Virus record (IMG/VR): IMGVR_UViG_3300032300_000143
DNA length: 64,000 nt
Strand: one strand, 5' to 3'
Source: an uncultured virus (IMG/VR IMGVR_UViG_3300032300_000143)
Taxonomy: Duplodnaviria; Heunggongvirae; Uroviricota; Caudoviricetes
In this document: positions 59,366-64,000 of the stretch, piece after piece
How positions within the stretch are numbered: position 1 is the stretch's first letter
Layout of the letters: every line of letters starts with the position of its first letter
Made by a program: the position numbers and the translations under genes
The notes under the pieces: generated by a model
Told to the model about the DNA's origin: nothing
What the model saw: the letters and a program-made list of their open reading frames with translations, nothing else
Databases searched by the model: none

Positions 59366-59795
59366 TTTTAAAACTTTCTGATTTCATTTCTTGTGTACTT
59401 TTACGTTCTTGATGTTCTGCTTCGTGAGCATCGCATAGTGTGCGGATCCAGCCACCGTTTCTGCGTGTGCCAATAGCGCCACATTCTTCGCAGGCAATAT
59501 CGGCCCACGACTCTGCCATACGAACCATTCCACTGATTTCATCGTCACCGCCATCGTAGTAGAACCGCAAGCCACCAAACTTTTCTTTGATCTGTGCCAC
59601 AGTGACCTGCGGAATAGGACAGCATTGTTTCTCTTTCCAATCAATGTGATGTTGTATGTTGGAACACAACTTTTCAAGAATAGGAAACCATCCTTTACCT
59701 ACAGCAAAGCCGCCATACTTGCCGCCAAACATCTTTGGAAAACGTTCTTCCATCTGTTTAGCAAAGGCATCATACTTTGCATATTCGTCACTCAT
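59355..59795 (-). CDS. Phage protein with Zn-ribbon-like C-terminus
   Basis: QIKEKFGGLRFYY, CEECG..GWIRTLCDAH; TAATG overlap. Confidence 0.75.
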   Translation of the reverse strand: MSDEYAKYDAFAKQMEERFPKMFGGKYGGFAVGKGWFPILEKLCSNIQHHIDWKEKQCCPIPQVTVAQIKEKFGGLRFYYDGGDDEISGMVRMAESWADIACEECGAIGTRRNGGWIRTLCDAHEAEHQERKSTQEMKSESFKNEA

Positions 59796-59983
59796 TACCA
59801 AGTACTCACGTCAGTATTATCAACTTTAACTTCCTTACCCAACAGTTCGAACTGAACTGTTGTAGTAGGTCCAATTCCACTAGAGTGATCCTCAACAATT
59901 TCAAATTGAGAGACTTCTGGAAAACGCTGGGCAATATCTGCCAAGGTTTTAATTTGAGTCTGTGTTAGTGTATATTTTTTCAT
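59795..59983 (-). CDS. Hypothetical protein
   Basis: SSGIG motif; coupled ORF. Confidence 0.65.
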   Translation of the reverse strand: MKKYTLTQTQIKTLADIAQRFPEVSQFEIVEDHSSGIGPTTTVQFELLGKEVKVDNTDVSTW

Positions 59984-60189
59984 CGTTCGTCATCAAAGTC
60001 GACAGTTTCGTGATCGTGTTCCCATTGTTTACGTCTTAGTATAGCAAGTTCGTCTCTTAAAAGCAACCTTTGTTTCTTCAATTCTTGCATTTTAATATCT
60101 TCAAACAGCCCATTCTTTTCCAAAGTATCGATTTTTTGGTCTAATACTCTATGAGATTCTTCTAAATGTTTAATTCTGTTTTCGTACAT
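59980..60189 (-). CDS. YdcH/DUF465-like coiled-coil protein
   Basis: HRVLDQKI..LKKQRLLLRDEL. Confidence 0.7.
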   Translation of the reverse strand: MYENRIKHLEESHRVLDQKIDTLEKNGLFEDIKMQELKKQRLLLRDELAILRRKQWEHDHETVDFDDER

Positions 60190-60191
60190 AG

Positions 60192-61829
60192 TTACTCCTT
60201 ATTGATATCTTCCTCTAACGAACGTAAATTATCGTCGTCTTGTTGATCAAACAACGGCAACCCGTCTGGACCAATTCTTACAGGCGCTAAATCTTCAATA
60301 GTGTATAAAGAGTTAAACACGTTGTCTGCAGGACCTCCCTGTAGTCTAGCACCTTCTAGACTCTTTAAGAATAATTGTGCAGAGTCAATCATATCAAATG
60401 CTTCTGCTTTATTCTTAGTGTTGAATAATTCTTCAATGAATGTAGAAAAATATAATATTTTGTTTGGAACCCAATCGCTATATTCTTTTTCTTTTTTACC
60501 CTCAACACCTTTTATTCTCCAATCTGGTTTGAACCGTTCACATTCAATGTCCATTAATTGCTGAGCACGTTGTACAGCAACAATATGACATTCAACATTG
60601 TGTCCCATCATTAGTGCGTAACTAAAACTATCCCACGATGTTTTGTTTGGAATTTTACCCAGTTTGTTAAGTCTTGGAACTGTGTGATAGTGTTCTGTGT
60701 TTAAATGATTAAACTTAACATTTCCAAGTTCTGCATCTGTCTTACGAACACCGTAGTCATAATATGCAATGTCGCCCATTGTTAGTCGACTTGCAAACTC
60801 GCTTTCAAACGGAAAAGGAATGTCGTGTCGTCCTGACAGGCCTTTGTTATCGGGAGCCTTATCCATAATAACACTCCAACGCTTGTTGGTATGCTGTGCG
60901 TTTGTGTACACCAGTCCGTGAGCAGTAGCAATAAACGGGCTTGCACAGTCGAAGCTGATTGTAAGATTGGGATTAATGTGTTTACGAATCTGCCTTTGAA
61001 TCAGCGTCAAGTAGCAACTCCAATCTAATTGTGCAGTACCCAAGAAGTGAATCCAGTCTTTGCCATCTAGCATACCTTCTTCACGCATTGTCATTAGGCG
61101 TTTTAGTGTAATAGGCATCTTACACATATTAGCACCACCAAATGCCCAACCTTCTGCTTCCTTGCCGGCATACTTGCCTTTAGGATCACTAAACTCTACA
61201 ACACCTCGATACCATTTTTCAGCAGTATCCCAGTCACCACCTTGTAATACATTAAGCCATTTAGTCTGACCTAAACGATTCTGCAAGAAGTAATCATTGT
61301 TAAAGCGAGTCTTGTCTAGACAGTCTTCAAAGGTTTTTAAACCAGTCTTTGGACTATGAATATGATCACAGGCCCATGTAGGAACGTCTAACATCATTGA
61401 CCAATCAGCAGTTAACTCTAACCATTCAAGAATCTTTTTGCGAGTTTTATTAGCTTCGGCACCTTCGAAGTTTAACCAATCAAACTTAAGAACACCTTTA
61501 CCAATCTGATAACCACCGGAGTCGCCTAAGATCATTGTATTAGGCCGATCACGTTGCTGAATCATAGACTCTTGATCCATTGACTTTTCTAAATCAAGTT
61601 GTGCGTGACCTGCAGAATACAACGCATACTTATAGGTAAAATAGCCTTGTTCTGGATTTAAAAAGTTCATACCTTCAATGCCGCGATCAAATCCTGCAGG
61701 AATTCGTTCTTTAGAAACAAATTCTTCTAGGCGTTGTTTAGCAATGTATGTAGAATAAAAAGAACTAATAGCTGGCAAATACACAGCATAGTCTTTTTGT
61801 AAAGGGGTTAGGTTAACCGGTGCTTTCAT
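60192..61829 (-). CDS. dpdA: tRNA-guanine transglycosylase-fold protein, probable DNA 7-deazaguanine insertase (DpdA-like)
   Basis: GDSGGYQ, MMLDVP, NVLQG, GWAFGG, IHFLG and SFDCASP match TGT/DpdA catalytic motifs; sits beside the clamp and polymerase, near folE/queD/queE. Start reassigned to MKAPV. Confidence 0.75.
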   Translation of the reverse strand: MKAPVNLTPLQKDYAVYLPAISSFYSTYIAKQRLEEFVSKERIPAGFDRGIEGMNFLNPEQGYFTYKYALYSAGHAQLDLEKSMDQESMIQQRDRPNTMILGDSGGYQIGKGVLKFDWLNFEGAEANKTRKKILEWLELTADWSMMLDVPTWACDHIHSPKTGLKTFEDCLDKTRFNNDYFLQNRLGQTKWLNVLQGGDWDTAEKWYRGVVEFSDPKGKYAGKEAEGWAFGGANMCKMPITLKRLMTMREEGMLDGKDWIHFLGTAQLDWSCYLTLIQRQIRKHINPNLTISFDCASPFIATAHGLVYTNAQHTNKRWSVIMDKAPDNKGLSGRHDIPFPFESEFASRLTMGDIAYYDYGVRKTDAELGNVKFNHLNTEHYHTVPRLNKLGKIPNKTSWDSFSYALMMGHNVECHIVAVQRAQQLMDIECERFKPDWRIKGVEGKKEKEYSDWVPNKILYFSTFIEELFNTKNKAEAFDMIDSAQLFLKSLEGARLQGGPADNVFNSLYTIEDLAPVRIGPDGLPLFDQQDDDNLRSLEEDINKE

Positions 61830-61830
61830 A

Positions 61831-62568
61831 TTAGGCCGCTTGTGCTGGAATGATATATTTGTAAGTAGCAAGTCCGCTATCTAAAGTAATCTGAATGGCA
61901 CCTTCATTACTCAACGACATCTTGGTGTTGTTAACATCTGCAATCTTAAGGATGCTCAAGATTGGCATAACAGGCCAAGTCCAACCGCGATCCAATTTAC
62001 CAGTTACACCCATTGCAAAAATAAATTCACCACCGTGTGTACTAGCATCACCGAATATGAATTTTAATTTATCACCATCAGTTTTTGCCAAGAATGTTGG
62101 ATGTTCGTTGTTAGCACCTGCTTGAAAGTTGAAACGTTGTACAGCACTAACTGTTGGTTCAATTTCTACATCCCACTTAACGCCACGAAATTTGACAGTC
62201 TTCATCTTTTCGTTGATGATTTCTGTATTCATGAAACGATAGTCGTTCTTGAAGTCTCCGTCTTTGTTTTCAAAGTGTAAGCCTGTTGGAATTGTTTCGC
62301 CATTACGATCAGCAGTAGTAATACTAATCTTAGCATTTTCTTTGTACTCAGCACCGTCTAACAAATATTTCAATTTGTTTAGTTGCGGCATACCAAATAC
62401 ACCCATCATATCCGGGTATGGTGCAGTAGTTTCAGCTTCCATAATCACTGAACGGTCATCGGCCATTGAATTGATTACAGTTTTATTTTGATCACCAGTG
62501 ACTTTAACTGTGGTCAAGAAGCCTAGGTTCTGTGTGTGCGATACGATATCTTGTAAAATGTCTTTCAT
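61831..62568 (-). CDS. gp45: DNA polymerase sliding clamp (gp45/PCNA-like)
   Basis: 245 aa, immediately downstream of the polymerase; clamp-like termini (SMADDRSVIM, LDSGLATYKYIIPA). Confidence 0.65.
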   Translation of the reverse strand: MKDILQDIVSHTQNLGFLTTVKVTGDQNKTVINSMADDRSVIMEAETTAPYPDMMGVFGMPQLNKLKYLLDGAEYKENAKISITTADRNGETIPTGLHFENKDGDFKNDYRFMNTEIINEKMKTVKFRGVKWDVEIEPTVSAVQRFNFQAGANNEHPTFLAKTDGDKLKFIFGDASTHGGEFIFAMGVTGKLDRGWTWPVMPILSILKIADVNNTKMSLSNEGAIQITLDSGLATYKYIIPAQAA

Positions 62569-62591
62569 TGAAAGTTCTCCTGTATATTAAG

Positions 62592-62620
62592 ATTATATTT
62601 AGATCTAGAGTAAAAAGCAA
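62592..62620 (-). promoter_or_regulatory. Sigma70-type promoter for the clamp-dpdA operon
   Basis: TTGCTT-17 nt-TATAAT, followed by an AGGAG RBS. Confidence 0.65.
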
Positions 62621-62627
62621 CCGCAAT

Positions 62628-64000
62628 TTACTCAAAGTCAAACAATTTTGCGAATGTATTATCACTGCGAGTTGAACTGATGTCCCATTCCAAGACGCCA
62701 ATCAAATTTTCTAACTTTTCATCGATAACTGCATTTTCCATTTCAGCATCGTTGAAAGGCAAATCCTTAAACCATTGAGGTAGTCTAAGTTCATCTACCG
62801 GGTAGGCTACTGAGGTATACCCCATAGGATTATCTTTGACCTTACAGACAATTACTTTGGCACCGTCTGTAATAGCCATTGAATATTTGTCATCCATCAT
62901 ACGTTTTAGTGTATTCCAATTGAGACTAGCTCGAACGTGTCCCGGCATATTGGCCTTGCCGGCTTTCTTTTCTTTGTCGCGATATTCACTAATGTTGTTA
63001 GCACGTTTTGGACTACCCTTCTCCCATCCTGGGCGAGTCTTGAACTCGGTGCGAAAATTAGTAATATATTCTAACACTTCTTCTTTTCCCGCGCCATTAA
63101 GTACTTTGGTAAGTACTTCGCTGAGAAAATCTTGAATTACAACAGGGGTATCGGATCTTTTTAGATCAAGTCCCATTGCTTTGATTTTGCCAGGAGCACC
63201 CCCAGTGTCTGCTCTTTTTCCTTCTTTGTCATAATAAAGGACTGCATATCGCTTCTTGGTAATGAATAGTCCTTTGGAAGCAACAATCTCGCGACCTGCT
63301 TTGATGACTTCTCCCCTACTTTTTGGGCAGTGAAATGCATCTTGCATAAACTTTGGGAAGGTTCCATTAACAGTTTCTCCTATAGTATCGTAAAGTTCAA
63401 CAACTGATTCCTTACTCCAAGGAATAGCCCCTTTCTCAATGTCCTTCTTCAACGTAGCATACGCTGAGAAGTAACAAGAGTCTGTGTCACCGTAGATGAT
63501 CGCTTTGCCAATATGATCATTATCTCCGGTAATAATTTCATTTACTTTACCTGCCATATGACGAGCAATGGCACGACCTGTTAGTGTAGTTGATTGTCCA
63601 ATACGGTTGTCAAAGAATCTGCAACCAGGATTAAGAATAGCACCATACAAACTGTTCAAATTAATCTTTTTGACTAACTGACGTTTGTCCCAGTATTCTT
63701 CTTCAATCTTATTACCGGCTGCAATACAATCTTTTAGTTTGGCCTGCATTTCTTTACGTTCAGCGTACCAACGTTTTAACAAGCCGGGAATGATACCTTC
63801 TTTCTCATAGGTAAAGATTGTGCCGTTAGCACTAAGCATCCAAGGCTGATTGCTTTCAAAGATTAGATCATAGGCCTGAGCAGCACTAAGTGTATCTACT
63901 CCGCCATCTTCCCAGTCGATAGTAATTTCTCGACCAACATTTCGTTCTAATACCGCGGCATATTCCAATGAACCAAATATACCTTCCCAAGCGGATGCAA
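62628..64000 (-). CDS. gp43: Family B DNA polymerase (gp43-like), C-terminal part; 5' end lies outside the window
   Basis: KKINLNSLYG (motif B), YGDTDS (motif C), KKRYA, GLDLKRSDTP; the frame stays open to 64000. Confidence 0.96.
   Translation of the reverse strand, partial: ASAWEGIFGSLEYAAVLERNVGREITIDWEDGGVDTLSAAQAYDLIFESNQPWMLSANGTIFTYEKEGIIPGLLKRWYAERKEMQAKLKDCIAAGNKIEEEYWDKRQLVKKINLNSLYGAILNPGCRFFDNRIGQSTTLTGRAIARHMAGKVNEIITGDNDHIGKAIIYGDTDSCYFSAYATLKKDIEKGAIPWSKESVVELYDTIGETVNGTFPKFMQDAFHCPKSRGEVIKAGREIVASKGLFITKKRYAVLYYDKEGKRADTGGAPGKIKAMGLDLKRSDTPVVIQDFLSEVLTKVLNGAGKEEVLEYITNFRTEFKTRPGWEKGSPKRANNISEYRDKEKKAGKANMPGHVRASLNWNTLKRMMDDKYSMAITDGAKVIVCKVKDNPMGYTSVAYPVDELRLPQWFKDLPFNDAEMENAVIDEKLENLIGVLEWDISSTRSDNTFAKLFDFE

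Noticed and set aside
60192..61829. Canonical tRNA-modifying Tgt
   Set aside because: It lacks the CxCxxC zinc motif, is much longer, and is operonic with the clamp and polymerase, which fits a DNA-acting DpdA better. Not formally excluded.
49414..63135. Plus-strand ORFs in the replication block (e.g. 52139-52573, 62836-63135)
   Set aside because: Antisense shadows of motif-supported minus-strand genes.
1..64000. Stop-codon reassignment as in some large phages
   Set aside because: Standard-code ORFs tile the window densely, including a 14.7-kb ORF, and known proteins appear full length.

Overview
This window is a 64 kb segment of a large, AT-rich, T4-like (myovirus-type) dsDNA phage genome that uses the standard genetic code. 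All product calls come from motif recognition by eye; no searches were run. (1) 1-6659, minus strand: two probable head-associated proteins, a ~520-nt highly structured non-coding stretch directly behind a small GIY-YIG nuclease gene, an Hc1-like protein, the gp46/gp47 (Rad50/Mre11) pair and a gp55-like late sigma factor. (2) 6731-40304, plus strand: baseplate and tail genes (gp53-, hub-, gp5-, gp25- and gp6-like, a 4892-aa giant protein, four paralogous fibre proteins and two paralogous virion proteins), preceded by ATAAATA late promoters. (3) 40361-48185, plus strand: a late-promoter-led enzyme island with 4 GT-A glycosyltransferases, 2 radical SAM enzymes and an SGNH protein. (4) 48194-64000, minus strand: replication and nucleotide genes (RNase H-like 5' exonuclease, dCMP deaminase, MazG-like protein, sliding clamp, family B polymerase) interleaved with a 7-deazaguanine DNA-modification set (QueE, FolE, QueD-like, DpdA/TGT-like) that also contains a GT-B glycosyltransferase and a cupin; QueC is not in the window. 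The best candidates for undescribed biology are the GIY-YIG-linked structured element, a riboswitch-like pseudoknot forming the folE 5' UTR, the deazaguanine plus glycosyltransferase cluster, the tail-linked glycosylation/radical SAM operon, and recurrent RBS-hiding hairpins with a late promoter in the loop.
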